Assembly (NCBI GenBank): GCA_002269645.1
Contig: NIVC01001093.1
Location: 1-61,288, forward strand
Length of the DNA stretch: 61,288 bases
Direction: 5' to 3'
From: Macrostomum lignano
Taxonomy: Eukaryota
The notes under the pieces are model-generated. The model had not been told where the DNA came from, searched no databases, and worked only from the letters and a program-made list of their open reading frames with translations. This document shows, piece by piece, positions 48,039 to 60,482 of this stretch (the first letter of the stretch is position 1; each line of letters begins with the position of its first letter). Both the position numbers and the translations under genes were made by a program.

Positions 48039-48642
48039 CCCAAGCATGCTTTTAATTGTTGCCCTTTTGATCTGTCACCATTTTGATCAGTTCCTATATA
48101 TACACATGTAGTACCCTAAACTAAGATAAATGCAAAATGGTCTTATTTAATTAGGAACTACCATTATTACTAATACTTATTTTATTTTATAGGCCCCTAC
48201 TGTATATTATAGAATATAGTCAGCTAGGCCTATAGATAGTATAGCTAAATCTTGAAAGAGTAAGAAGGCCAGATAATAGTATTCTTAGGGCCTAGTAGGC
48301 CTAGGCCTAAGTAAACAACAGCCAAATTGCTCTTTGAAAGGACCAAAATTACTTGATGATTTCTACAAATAAAAACCTTATTGCTATAAGAACTCAAAAG
48401 TTTTGTATACCCATATAAGTCTTGGACAATCTTAACTGCTAACTCTAGTAACCGCTGCTATTGGAATGGCGCGCATTTTCGAAAACGTGCATTGAAATTA
48501 AATGCTTTGCATACGAAAAATTTGTCATTTGACATTGACACAATGGAATGGGCCTTTTCATATTAGGCCTACCAATTCCAGAACCAGAATCAGTTTGGAA
48601 TTCCAAGAAAAACAGCAGTATAACTATTTAACTCTGTTAATA

Positions 48643-49074
48643 TACCTTTTTGCAATCAATTTTGTCATTTCTGCGTTCAATTTCGGTGTGAGCGCTAGTG
48701 TGCAGTCCAAACAACTGAGCCATAGACACTGGACAACTTTTGCGTTCAAATTCGGCCTTTTTGCGTCCTATTTCGGCAGCGCAATCACATGGGCCGCACT
48801 GTGGGCACAGTTCGATGTTTTTGCCATAGACACTTTCTCACTCGATCGCATTCAGTGAGGGTGGGACGAAAAATTTGTCTCCTAAAGCAGGCCTATAGTC
48901 GTCTCCGCAAGTATGTTTGATGCCGTAAGCTGCCGAAATAGGACGCAAAAAGGCCGAACCCGAACGCAAAAGTTGCCCAGTGTCCATGGCTCAGTTGTTT
49001 AGACTGCACAGCACACCACTAGCGCTCGCGCCGAAATTGAACGCAAAAACGACGAAATTGATTGCAAAAAGGTA
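48643..49074. mobile_element. Tc1/mariner-derived MITE
   Basis: About 140-bp imperfect TIRs starting TACCTTTTTGCAATC, with a TA TSD; the termini resemble the element at 59059. Confidence 0.88.
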
Positions 49075-49349
49075 TATTTGACTGCCTTAACAACCTCACT
49101 AAGTACAATTTTTCACTTTCTTTTTGGCGATTTTCATTCAATAATAAAAATTTTATAGCACGTATCTCCCTTTAGCTATGGAGACAAAAAGTTATACTTC
49201 ACAAGAAAAGGCCCAATGTATCTGCTCAATGTATTTATATACACCAGGACAATAAACTTAAAGTTTAAATAAAAGATAAAAAAATAAGAAAATGAACAAA
49301 TAATAAACGCTAAAACCTTTAACTTTATCGTCTATACTTAGGTAACTGA

Positions 49350-49718
49350 CATTCGCTTTGTTATTGTTTCTCGTTTCCGGCAGTCTAAGTTCACATTACG
49401 ATATACGGTAAGATGCATAGGGGACCAGCAGTGTCAAGTTGTAGTTTACCGCTAGTCAAAAATATTGAGTAGTTACTGAGATATCGATGCTTTAATTTGG
49501 GTGAATTTCCAGTGCTCTTCAAATTAGCGTAAAACTTTTTAGTCCAGTCCACGGGCCGCTTGACTAGTCAAGCTCAATCCACTCCACGGCTCAGCCTGAA
49601 TGCATTTTTAGTCCAGTCCACGGGGCCGCTTGACTAGTCTAGCTCAATCCACTCCACGGCTGTGTGGATCCACCTGACTGGTCGGGTAATTTTTCTGTAG
49701 TGGACTATCCGACTAGTC
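49350..49718. mobile_element. Second, inverted copy of the 40161-40925 repeat
   Basis: See the partner feature. Confidence 0.8.
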
Positions 49719-52277
49719 AAGAGGCAGAAGTCAAAGGCAGACAAACCCCCCACGCGGCGCGCAATGTACATGTACAAATTAATCGATAAATTATATCGTG
49801 TAAGAATAACAACATACGCCAGTACATGTACATAGGTAGAACTACTTTACGAGAATTAATAACGATATGAATGAAATACAAATAATAGAATTAATGCATA
49901 CGAGGCTACAAAAACAAAGCAATTAACTGTACCATTAGCGCAAAAATAATGCGTATAGAATATTGTTAAAATTAAAGAATACGTATATGCATGCGAGATA
50001 AGGAAATACGATCAGATGATTCTACGAATTACACTGTCACACGAAATCAAATCTTTTTTGCGGTCTATTGAATTGTTTTCTGTGTTCATATATTATAGTT
50101 ATGAAGCCAATCTCTGGATGAGTTTTCTGGCAGTCAGAGTTGCTTTCACTGTTATCTAACAAGCAGTTGAATCTATTTGTGCTCCTTTAAAGACCAGCAG
50201 TTTCATTGAAATGCCTTTTAATTTCCTGCATGCTGAAGCTATCTGTCTAAGAGCAGTAAATGTACGATGAAATCTGCAAAGATTATCTACTCCTATTATG
50301 TATTGTAAACAACTGTGTATTCCTTAACATAACATTTCCATTCTGTACTCATTGGTGTGAACATTGCTGGTTAATAATACAATAACGCTTATCTAAATTA
50401 GTAGAGAGCGACTTTCCCAGACCAAGACAGTGCATTAAAATTGTCCAGAGAATTTCTTGCACTGGAAGCTGAGCTGCTTTGTTCTGATCACGCTATGATT
50501 GGGATTGCGGTCGCAGAGGAATTCGGTGCTAATTTGTACATCCTCTTCGAGCAGTTGCTAGTTGGTCGCAGTCTGAGCTTCCATGCGCACAAAAAGCTAG
50601 AGGCAATGCAAAATTAACTGCCCACATCTCCAGGGATTTCAATGTTGCCTATAATCCCAGTCTCTGGCCAATTTTGGTCATTTTTTCGAATTTTCCTATT
50701 TTCTCCCCCTCCCTAATTTCCTAAAGTCATGAGCTCTGCAAATATCCGCTCGAAGGCCACATGACAGGCAAGTACAGCTTTCGGCAATGGAAAAGGTACT
50801 TCGTAACTTTTCCATTAACTCTTCCGTAACTTCGTAACTGACTGTGGCACCGCGAGCCGGCCACTCGGCGAGAGCAAGATTAATCCAAACAGGTCGCCCG
50901 CTGCCAGGCTGAGTGAAGGTAAGTAAATTTTCTCCAAAGGATTCGACCGGCACGTCTTCGCGCTGAACGAATTTGCATGCCGCCCAGAGCCCGCCAGCCT
51001 GATAAATCAATGGAGGAACCGCGCAGTCTGTGAATGCCGAACTGCTCATCTGGAAGCTTCTCGTCTGCCCTGCGCCGCTGAAGTGCCGCCTCGGGGAAGT
51101 CCGCAGACGCGAAAATCCATTTCATTTAGGACCTCTGGTTGGCGCTCTTGGCTTTGCAAGACTAAAAATTTACAAAGACATGCCAGCTAGAAAAGAGTAC
51201 AAGTGGCAACCTAAATTTTGAAAAAAATGAGGTCTAAAATTATGTTTCACCACCAGGTTTTCGATCAAAAATTACTTCTGTTTGACTACCACTCAAGTCA
51301 AGTACGCAAAGTAATAAAACGACAAAACTATATTGACACCTTTTTGAAGATCTATTCTTGCTTAAAAATACATTAGCAAAGTTAATTTTGTTCAGTAAAC
51401 ATTACTCAGTAGGGCTTTGATACACTAATTATTTCGCCTTTGCAGCTCGTAGTTTGTACAGAGAGGACGTCTTTCTACTGTCAATAGAATAAAATCACAT
51501 GCTTATTGTTTCATAAACATTTATGAGCAGTTGTGAACTGCATTCCTTTCTCTGCAGTTTCATACTTTCAATTCATGGTTGGCATGGGCACACGGGGCTT
51601 TTGCTGAAGTGTTCGCAGTGCAGCTGTTCTCTGCAAAACTCTCTATCTCTCACTGTGTGTCTCTATAGTCAAACACTGTCCAATTTCCTTGACACAGCTA
51701 AATCGACACAGCCGGGTGCCTGGACAGCGCAGGAAAGAATGTTCAATGGCGGCTCTCCTAGCAAATCTCCCTTGCAGTCCTGTCGCAGGGGCACCAGCAA
51801 ACGGCTCGCGGACTCCCAGAGCGGGAGCTTCTGCGGGGTGCGGAACGGTCTAGCCAGAGTGTGGGGGGGGGAGCAACTAGTCTCAGGAAAGAAAATTCAG
51901 TGCTGTCACGGTGTAGCTTCTCAATCCCTTGTGCCGTCTATGAAATATAACAAAAAATTTTCTAATACCCCGCCTGCATGCGAGAACTTGAGAGACACTG
52001 CAAAATAGCTGCAGAGACAGGGAGAGAGAGAGAGGGGCAGTCACTGCTTCAAAAAGGATTGGATCCCGCCACACGAGGGGGGGGGTAGGCTACGAAAATC
52101 GATCACTAGAAGGGCCAGATTGCAAAGAGTCCTGCTGCCCACTGCCCCCCTCCTCCCTGCTGGCTTGGCGACTAATAAAATTCAATTTCTGAGTGCAACA
52201 CTTTCCGACAATAATCCGCGCCCTGCACTGCTCACCAAGATTTTCAAATAGAATTATTAATCTACAGAGAAATCGGA

Positions 52278-53189
52278 ATGTCCAACGAGAATTTCTTGCA
52301 GAAATTTCGCGACAAGGACACTCGATCGTTTAAGAATTTCACGGCAGCGCAATTCCTTGAGGTGTGGAATCACTACGACAAGGATGGCAGCGGCTACATC
52401 GAGGACGAGGAGCTGGACGGCTTCCTGAAGGAGTTCGTGACTTCAATCATTCCGGACCAAATCGGCCAGGAGGTGATCTCGGACAGCGCGCTCAAGGAGC
52501 TCAAAGAGGAGTTCATGCTGGCCTACGACGAGAACGAGGACAATCGAATCGAGATTGGCGAGCTGGCCCAGATGCTGCCGACTGACCAGAGCTTCCTGCT
52601 GCTGTTCCGGCGGGACAATCCGCTCGAATCCAGTGTGGAATTTATGCGCATCTGGAAGCAATTCGACAAGGACAATTCTGGCCAGATTGACAAAGAGGAA
52701 CTCAAGGAGTTTCTGCGCTACCTGCTGCAGGAGCGGAACCAGGAGGCCTCGGTGAGCGAGGAGAAGCTGGCCGAGTACGCCGACGCCATCTTGAAGCTCT
52801 TCGATACAAACGGCGATGGTCAGCTGCAGCTGAGCGAGATGGCGAAGCTGCTGCCGGTCAAGGACAACTACCTGAGCCGGCCGCTGCTGAAGAACGCCGC
52901 CCGGCTGTCCTCGTACGAGATTGACAAAATCTTTCGCAAGTACGACACGGACAAGAGCGGCAAAATCGAGGGCGACGAGCTGGAGGGCTTCCTCAAGGAC
53001 CTGCTGGAGCTCACTGGCGAGCAGTTTGACGATCAGAAGATGAAGTTCTTCAAGGAGGTGATCATGGAGCAGTGGGACACTGACAAGGACGGTGGGATCG
53101 GCAAGGATGAGCTGAAGATGATCCTCATGCAGCACAAGCGGATGGCGCAGGAGCAGGAGGCCTATGACAGGGGCCTGTGCGATGAGTGA
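52278..53189 (+). CDS. Hexa-EF-hand calbindin/calretinin/secretagogin-family protein (Cbp53E-like), single exon, 303 aa
   Basis: QFLEVWNHYDKDGSGYIEDEELDGFLKEF, FLLLFRRDNPLESSVEFMRIWKQFDKDNSG, FDTNGDGQLQLSEMAKLLPVKDNYL; AATAAA at about 53241. Confidence 0.96.
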   Translation: MSNENFLQKFRDKDTRSFKNFTAAQFLEVWNHYDKDGSGYIEDEELDGFLKEFVTSIIPDQIGQEVISDSALKELKEEFMLAYDENEDNRIEIGELAQMLPTDQSFLLLFRRDNPLESSVEFMRIWKQFDKDNSGQIDKEELKEFLRYLLQERNQEASVSEEKLAEYADAILKLFDTNGDGQLQLSEMAKLLPVKDNYLSRPLLKNAARLSSYEIDKIFRKYDTDKSGKIEGDELEGFLKDLLELTGEQFDDQKMKFFKEVIMEQWDTDKDGGIGKDELKMILMQHKRMAQEQEAYDRGLCDE

Positions 53190-54394
53190 GGCGATTTCTG
53201 AGAGCTTTGGACCTCAGTGCTGTCAGTCTCTTCTCTGTCAATAAAAGTTCCATTTCTAGAGGAGAGTCATGTCTGATATCTAAACAAATGTCAGCCTGCT
53301 TTTTCATCGCACCAGATGCTCCACAGCTGCTCTACATGTAGGTTCTAGACAGTTAATTATTAATTAGCTACTCAATCCAGATTCAAAAGCACATTATATT
53401 GACCATAGTTTGTTGTTAAACTTCTGTTAATTTTATTAATAGCCTAAATAGAATCTATAACTGTCTAAAATATATATAAATCTTTTTCTTAACCGCGCTG
53501 AATATACTTTTCCGCACCGCAATTTTAATTAATCACGCATTGACAAGTTTAATTAGTTTGAAGGAAGCGCTTTAACCTTTTAAAGTATTAAACCTGCGTT
53601 GCGTAGGCCAGCCTCTCTCTGCGCCAGCTTTATAACTATTCTGTTCATTATGCATTAAAATTTGCAACTGTCATTATCATATTCACAATCGTAGTAAGAC
53701 TTTAATAATTTCTTTTTTAATACGGACGGAGGGTTGGTGCTGCAGGGTGGAGCTGTGCCTGCTCTAATAGCTATGCTAGCTGACTGCCGAACACCTGGCA
53801 CCGTCTCAGAGCCCCCTGGGCGCTCGCGATTATTGCGCAGACATTGAGAGTCTCGCTCGGCAGTCTGTGGAAGCGTCTGCAGTTTTAGATCGATATTTTG
53901 CTGCCAAATTTATACAGCCAGAGGGCAACTCTCGGAAATCTGCTGCCACCGCACACAGACCCTCGGCAGTCCATGAGGCGGTTCAGCTGTCCCTGAGTCT
54001 ACACGCCGCCTGCTCACGACTCTCCCACATGCTCTACCAGTGGGACAAACACAGAGAGACAGAGAGACAAAACGTGCCTATGGCAACCACCGACGATCAA
54101 TTGGGTGATTTTTTTATTTGAGAATTTGAGGCCAACAATTTGGTGAATAGCGGGAACGGCCGACAGGCCGCTGGAAAGTCAAGTCTGCTCGCGAGTGCGG
54201 CGTCGATTTCGGCTAAAATTGTACCAATAGGAGACAAAATTTGTCCTAAATCGTGTCATAAACTTTTTTCCTGTTTAAAATAAGCATAGCACTTCGATTG
54301 TCAAAAGCATGTGTTCTCTTTCTCGTTTAGTGAAGGCTAGGATAGATAGACCTTTTTGCGTTCTATTTGGTTTTTTCTTCACTCAAAATCAACC

Positions 54395-54696
<302 letters not shown>

Positions 54697-55195
54697 ACTA
54701 AGTTTTTAAAATTCATCTACTGAACTCTTATGATCTTGCTTTTTCTACGTTTGCATTTTCATCACTTTGAAGGTCACACGAACAAGGGAGGTTGTCTATT
54801 TTATCTGAGCAACATGACTCACGGGTTCATGGATTTTTAAACTGAAAATTAATTGAATTAAAATGACAGTCTCTCCAAAAGTAGTCAGCCGTGTTTCAAG
54901 CAAAAATTTCAATTATGCAGAGTTCAAGAAACCTTGAGGCCAAGCCTATTGATTCACAGAATACCTGCGTGGATTTTAACAAAGACACAGCCGGCAATGA
55001 ACATAAATAAATAAGAATAATATTTTTGAAAGACAAACCGACAGAGCAAGCAAAATAATGCGCTTTTAACAGTAAAAAGTGTAATGAGACGCACCAAATA
55101 TAGTTATATCAAATGGGTGAAACTTGCGAAGCAATTTCACTTCATCTGGGCTCCCTTAACTGACTGGAACCTAACGCCAGACATTTAACTAACTC

Positions 55196-55467
55196 AGACA
55201 TCCCACTCCCGACACCCCACTCCCAGACACCCCACTCCCAGACACCCCACTCCCAGACACCCCACTCCCAGACACCCCACTCCCAGACACCCCACTCCCA
55301 GACACCCCACTCCCAGACACCCCACTCCCAGACACCCCACTCCCCCACTCCCAGACACCCCACTCCCAGACACCCCACTCCCAGACACCCCACTCCCAGA
55401 CACCCCACTCCCAGACACCCCACTCCCAGACACCCCACTCCCAGACACCCCACTCCCAGACACCCCA
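55196..55467. repeat. 15-bp G-rich (on the - strand) minisatellite (TGGGAGTGGGGTGTC), about 18 copies
   Basis: Tandem units starting about 10 nt after the MFS stop codon. Confidence 0.95.
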
Positions 55468-55477
55468 ACCCCCCAAA

Positions 55478-58400
55478 CTAGGAGCTCCGCACGGACACTC
55501 TGTCCGCAGCTGAGCAACAGCTGCACCGCTGCTGCAGTCGCCCACAGACCCGTCGCCAACACCGGCCGAAGTCGCTGGCCATTGTCAGCATGCCCAAGAA
55601 GGTGGCGGAAGCAACGGCAAAGGAGCCCAACGCCAGGTGCATCACAGAGGCCGGGCCAGCCGCAGGCGACACCAGCAGATAGCCGGCCAGAGGCGGCAGG
55701 GCGGACATGCCCAGTTGGCCGCCGATCAGCCAGCTGCAGGCGACGGGGCCGGCCACCGGCAGCCGCTGCTCCAGCCAGGTGACGCCTGTGGCGTACAGAA
55801 CGGAGACGGCCAGGCCGAAGGCGGCCGTGCCGGCGAAGGCCAGCCAGGTGGACTCGGACAGGCTCAGAGTGGCCAGGGCTGCCAGGCAGGCGACCAGGTG
55901 CGCCAGCAGGATGCCGGTCGGCCGGGCCCAGCGGGAGACGACAACGCCGAGGCCGCGGCCGACTAGAAAGCCGGCAAAGAAGGCGGCCTGCAGGGCGGCG
56001 GCGCCGCGCGCGCTGAGCTGGAGGCCCGGGGCGCAGCTGGCGTAGGCGCCACCGAACGACCAGAAGATGTTCTCGCCGCCGACAGACGCGAAGTAGAAGG
56101 CCGCGGTAAGAACCACCAGGCAGCGGCGTCGCCAGGCGGGCAGTGGCGGCGGGCGGAGCGGCGCCTCGGCTTCCAGAGGAATCGGTGGCGGACTCGGCGG
56201 CACCGGGGCCGGCAGGACAGCGGGCTGGCGGGGGAGGAGCGCCAGCAGCAGCAGCCCGACGGACGCGGCAGCCTGAAGTGCCGCCAACACCGAGTACGGA
56301 GTGACCAGCAGCAGAGGAGCGGCTGTCGCTCCGCCGCCAACTGTCGACGCCGGGCTGGTCGAAGTGGCGAGCGCTGGTGTCTTCAAGTTGTGCCACCGAG
56401 TAGCGGATTGGTTCGAGGCGCCGCTTCCGACTCGACCGCAGGCGCTTTCGCTACTTTCCCACGCCTGCTGCTCTTCGTCTATGGGTGGCTCTGTGGCATC
56501 GTTGGCGGCGAGGAACGGGTGCAGCATCAGCGGCGCGATGAGGCCGCCGAGTGCGGTGCAGAAGTGCAGCGAGTGCAGGATCGGGCGCGACTGCAGCGAA
56601 CCGAGCAGGCGGATCACCAAGATGCCATTGGCTGACAGAGAAGTTGAGGGGGTTTCTGTGCATTGAGTTTGTGTTTCTAATCTCTAAACTTAGCTTGAAT
56701 CTCTAAGGGCCAGTGGGTTTTACAAGCTGCAGCTACCCAGGGATCGGCAGTTTTGCTAATCTAGCTCATAATTCTGTGCCAGGTGAGAAAAGAAAGAAAA
56801 TGGAATCGAGGAGAGAGAAGAGAGGAAGGGTGAGAGGAGAGAGGAGAGAAGAGAGGAGAGGCCACAGAGACGAGTGAGGGGATGAGATGAAAGATGGGAT
56901 GATGGAAAAGATGGGAGAGAGGAGATAAGAGGAGATAATGGAGGAGAGAGACCAGAGAAGAGGGGAGTGAAGGAAGAGGAGAGAAGAGAGAGGAGGAAGA
57001 AATGAGAGAAGAGAAGGGAGAAGAGAAGAGAAGAGAAGAGAAGAGAAGAGAAGAGAAGAGAAGAGAAGAGAAGAGAAGAGAAGAGAAGAGAAGAGAAGAG
57101 AAGAGAAGAGAAGAGAAGAGAAGAGAAGAGAAGAGAAGAGAAGAGAAGAGAAGAGAAGGGAGGAGAGAAGAGGGAAGGGAGGTAGAGAGAGAAGAGAAGA
57201 GATAGGAGAGAAGAGAGAAGAGAGGAGAGAAGAGAGAAGAGAGAAGAGAGAAGAGAAGAGGGAGGAGAGAAGAGAGAAGAGAGAAGAGAGAAGAGAGAAG
57301 AGAGAAGAGAGAAGAGAAGAGAGAGGAGAAAGAGAAGAGAGAAGAGAGAAGAGAAGAGAGAAGAGAGAAAAGAGAAGATAGAAGAGAGAAGAGAAGAGAG
57401 AGGAGAGAAGAGAGAAGAGAGAAGAGAAGAGAGAGGAGAGAAGAGAGAAGAGAGAAGAGAGAGGAGAAGAGAGAAGAGAGAAGAGAGAAGAGAGAAGAGA
57501 GAAGAGAGAAGAGAAGAGAGAAGAGAGAAGAGAAGAGAGGGGAGAGAAGAGAGAAGAGAGCTGAGAAGAGAGAAGAGAGCTGAGAAGAGACACAGACCTT
57601 GAGCGGGCCGAATTTCTGTTGTAAAATTTCAAAGGACCCGATGGCCGGGGCGTAGTTTGGGAAGGTACGGGGTAACGCTCCTCAAAAAATGGCTCTTGTT
57701 GACGGCTACCTGCGCCCCTGATGCCAGGACGAGTGACGGCAATTTTGCAAGCTCTTTGTTTATTCACTCGTTTTTGAATCGCCAATGACATCGCTTCCAG
57801 TTCTGAATCTACCTGGTACTTGAACTACTCCATACGATACCAAAATACGCCACAAACACAAATCAATCAGCCAGCCAGTTCACTGCACCGGTCTCGAGGG
57901 CTCCGTGTCCGGCGCCAAGCAGTCCGGCCAGGCTGAGCGCCAGAGCGCAGCTGCGCGCCAACGACGCGCCGAGCATGGCGCCGGCGCTAACCAGATTTCC
58001 AGCGGCCAGAAAAGCCGGCCGGGCCAGGCGGCTGCTGTCCGGCAGCCGGTTGAACACGAAGCCGGTCAGCAGTGCCAGCAGGCAGGCCGCGGCAGACTTG
58101 GCCGTGAACCAGAATCCCATGTCGCTGAGGCCGACGCCCACCTGCCTGGCCAGGTGCATCAGGCTGCTGCCCGGCAGAGCGTTGGCCATGCCGATGCAGA
58201 TGTGACTGAGGCACAGCAGGGCCAGCAGCGGCCAGTGCAGCCGCAGCACTACTGCGAACTGAGTGAGGGGCGTTAGCGGTTTTGCAGCTGCAGCTGGGCT
58301 GCACTTTTTAACTTTGGAAGTGAAGGGGTAGAAAGGGAAGGGAAGCGAAGGGAATTGAAGGGAAGGGAAGGGAAGGGAAGGAAAGGGAAGAGAAGGGAAG

Positions 58401-58733
58401 AGAAAGGAAGGGAAGGGAAGGGAAGGGAAGGGAAAGGAAGAAAGTAGAAGTGGGGTTCCACCTCAAACTTAAAAGCCTTCAATGGTTTTCCAGCAGGCGA
58501 ATGAATGAAAATGCTGTACAGTTTGTCAGTACAGTTGAGTTCTTGGCAGCGGCGCAGCATCTCACCTTGACTGCCACCGAGTCGATAGAGGCGACCGGAC
58601 TCGGAAGCTGCTGTGCGCCATCAGTTGGGATCCCGTTGCCAAGCAACTCTTCTTTGCCAACGCCCGCCTCTTTGTTACTGCAGGTTTCGTCTGTCGGCTG
58701 TCGTTCCGGCGGCTTCTCTTCGATTGGCAGCAT
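55478..58733 (-). CDS. MFSD4: MFS transporter, MFSD4/NaGLT1-like, 3 exons, 563 aa
   Basis: Exons 58733-58566, 58258-57889 and 56631-55478 total 1692 nt in phase. Motifs: GHGALETANGILVIRLLG, HSLHFCTALGGLIAP, FYFASVGGE, plus multiple hydrophobic helices. Confidence 0.85.
56805..57590. repeat. GA-rich (AGAAG/AGAGA)n tract in MFS intron 2
   Basis: Read directly; polypyrimidine on the sense strand. Confidence 0.95.
58320..58445. repeat. (GGGAA)n tract in MFS intron 1
   Basis: Read directly. Confidence 0.9.
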
Positions 58734-59058
58734 TGCTCTGCAAGCAATGCGCCTTACATACTACTGTTGCACTCCGGTTCGACAGTAGATTGGCTGCGCA
58801 ACGGAAACCATCCTAAAGTTATTTAAAAAATTTGATCTTATATCCAACTTTGATAAGATTTCAATTAATATTTTACATTCTTTTTAAGCAGTTTTTGCAG
58901 TAATGTTAGCCCCAGACAGAGGCTCTATCGAGTTGAGGAAGTTAAAGTAGCCTACGAGCGTACATATGTATACTCGTGCGCATATTCTTCATCTGCGAAA
59001 TATGTCTGTGGTCGCTATTCCCCAAAATCTGAAGAACATGTTTCCTTAATGAATTATA

Positions 59059-59595
59059 TACCTTTTTGCGATCTAGTTTGCCAAAACTAGAGTCATGACC
59101 AGAGTTTCAGCCACAGACAACTCTTTGAAAACTGCAATCAGTTTTGCCCAAACTGCGATCTAGTTTGCCCATAGCAAAGAAAACACCACAGACATACATA
59201 GCAAGATCAAAGAATGGCCCAGCGTGAACCTTACAACAGGATTTCAGCAAAGGACCGGCAGCGATTGATTCAAGCATATCAGGGTGGAGAGGACTGGCAA
59301 GATTTCGGTAGGCTGTTGGGCATCTCACGAAGAAACGTGACTTACATAGTTGGACAATTCAACGCAACCGGTCGTATAGAGCCTCTGCCTCGCGGAGGTG
59401 CCAAGCGGAGGTCCCTTAACAATGCTATGATTGAGAGCATTTGTGCCTACGTCTACCATTATAAACTCGCTGTTTATTGTTCACTGTTACAGTTTATTTC
59501 GTCACACTTCCTAATTGATTCTCAATAAAAATCCTTCTTGGCTTGCTATGGGCAAACTAGGTCGCAGTTTTGGCAAACTAGATCGCAAAAAGGTA
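59059..59595 (+). mobile_element. Internally deleted Tc1/IS630-like element that keeps only the N-terminal HTH of the transposase
   Basis: TIR TACCTTTTTGCGATCTAGTTTGCCAAAACT with a TA TSD. ORF 59214-59528 reads ISAKDRQRLIQAYQGGEDWQDFGRLLGISRRNVTYIVGQFNATGRIEPLPRGG. Confidence 0.88.
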
Positions 59596-59929
59596 TATTA
59601 GCTAATGAAGTTTATAAGTATACGAACGAGGGTTGTGTCGTGATTTCGGTGAACAAAAATAGACTGCACTGCATAGTTTGCCTTTCAGCTGCACACACCT
59701 AATAGTGCCGTCTCTCTGGCAGCTTGCTGATCCCGTCATGCCAAGAAACTCTGTGTGGCAGGTCTAGCTAATAGGGTAGGTACGGCACCAGCTTGTATCC
59801 CAAGTGTCCGACAGGTGTACATCTTGCGTCTGCACGCAAGGACCAACTAGAAGTTACCGTTGCATCTGCATGTACTTAAATATTGCAAAAAAGGTTGCAA
59901 GTTGCAAGGTTGCATGAAACTCATGTAGG

Positions 59930-60198
59930 AACTGATGGATCAAGCTAAAGGATTGATGGATCAAGCTAAAGGATTGATGGATCAAGCTAAAGGATTGATG
60001 GATCAAGCTAAAGGATTGATGGATCAAGCTAAAGGATTGATGGATCAAGCTCAGGAACTGATGAATCAAGCTTTAGGAATTGATGGATCAAGCTTTATGA
60101 ACTGATGAATCAAGCTGCAGGAACTGATGAATCAAGCTTCAGGAACTGATGAATCAAGCTTCAGGAACTGATGAATCAAGCTTCAGGAACTGATGGAT
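59930..60198. repeat. 21-22-bp minisatellite (AAGGATTGATGGATCAAGCTA)
   Basis: Tandem units read directly. Confidence 0.93.
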
Positions 60199-60482
60199 CT
60201 CTGCAAATATTGCCATATTACGAGTGATGCATCCTGACACAACGGTAGCTTCTAGTTGTCTTTGTCTGCACATCTGTCAGCAGCTTTGGCACCGGCAAAA
60301 CAGAGAAAAATTATTTTCCCTAGTGAGCTGCCCGCATTTGTCAGCGAGCCTATGAAACAACTCTCGTAATTACCCCAATTAGGAATTCTAAATCTAGCAA
60401 CTGGAATGGCAACTGAAATATCAGCTATACAAGATGAGGCCAAGATTAGAGATCGCAAGCGTGCGACGTAAACACAGAGTAT

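Noticed and set aside
50696-51125. 117-aa and 81-aa minus-strand ORFs
   Set aside because: No recognisable motif or coherent splice structure; possibly a decayed repeat, and it cannot be supported without a search.
52443-53135. 230-aa antisense ORF over calbindin (also antisense and alternate-frame ORFs over MFS, ESRP and OSER1)
   Set aside because: These are expected shadows of GC-rich, biased codon usage.
53867-54121. 84-aa ORF downstream of calbindin
   Set aside because: It has a GTG start, no motifs and no splice support.
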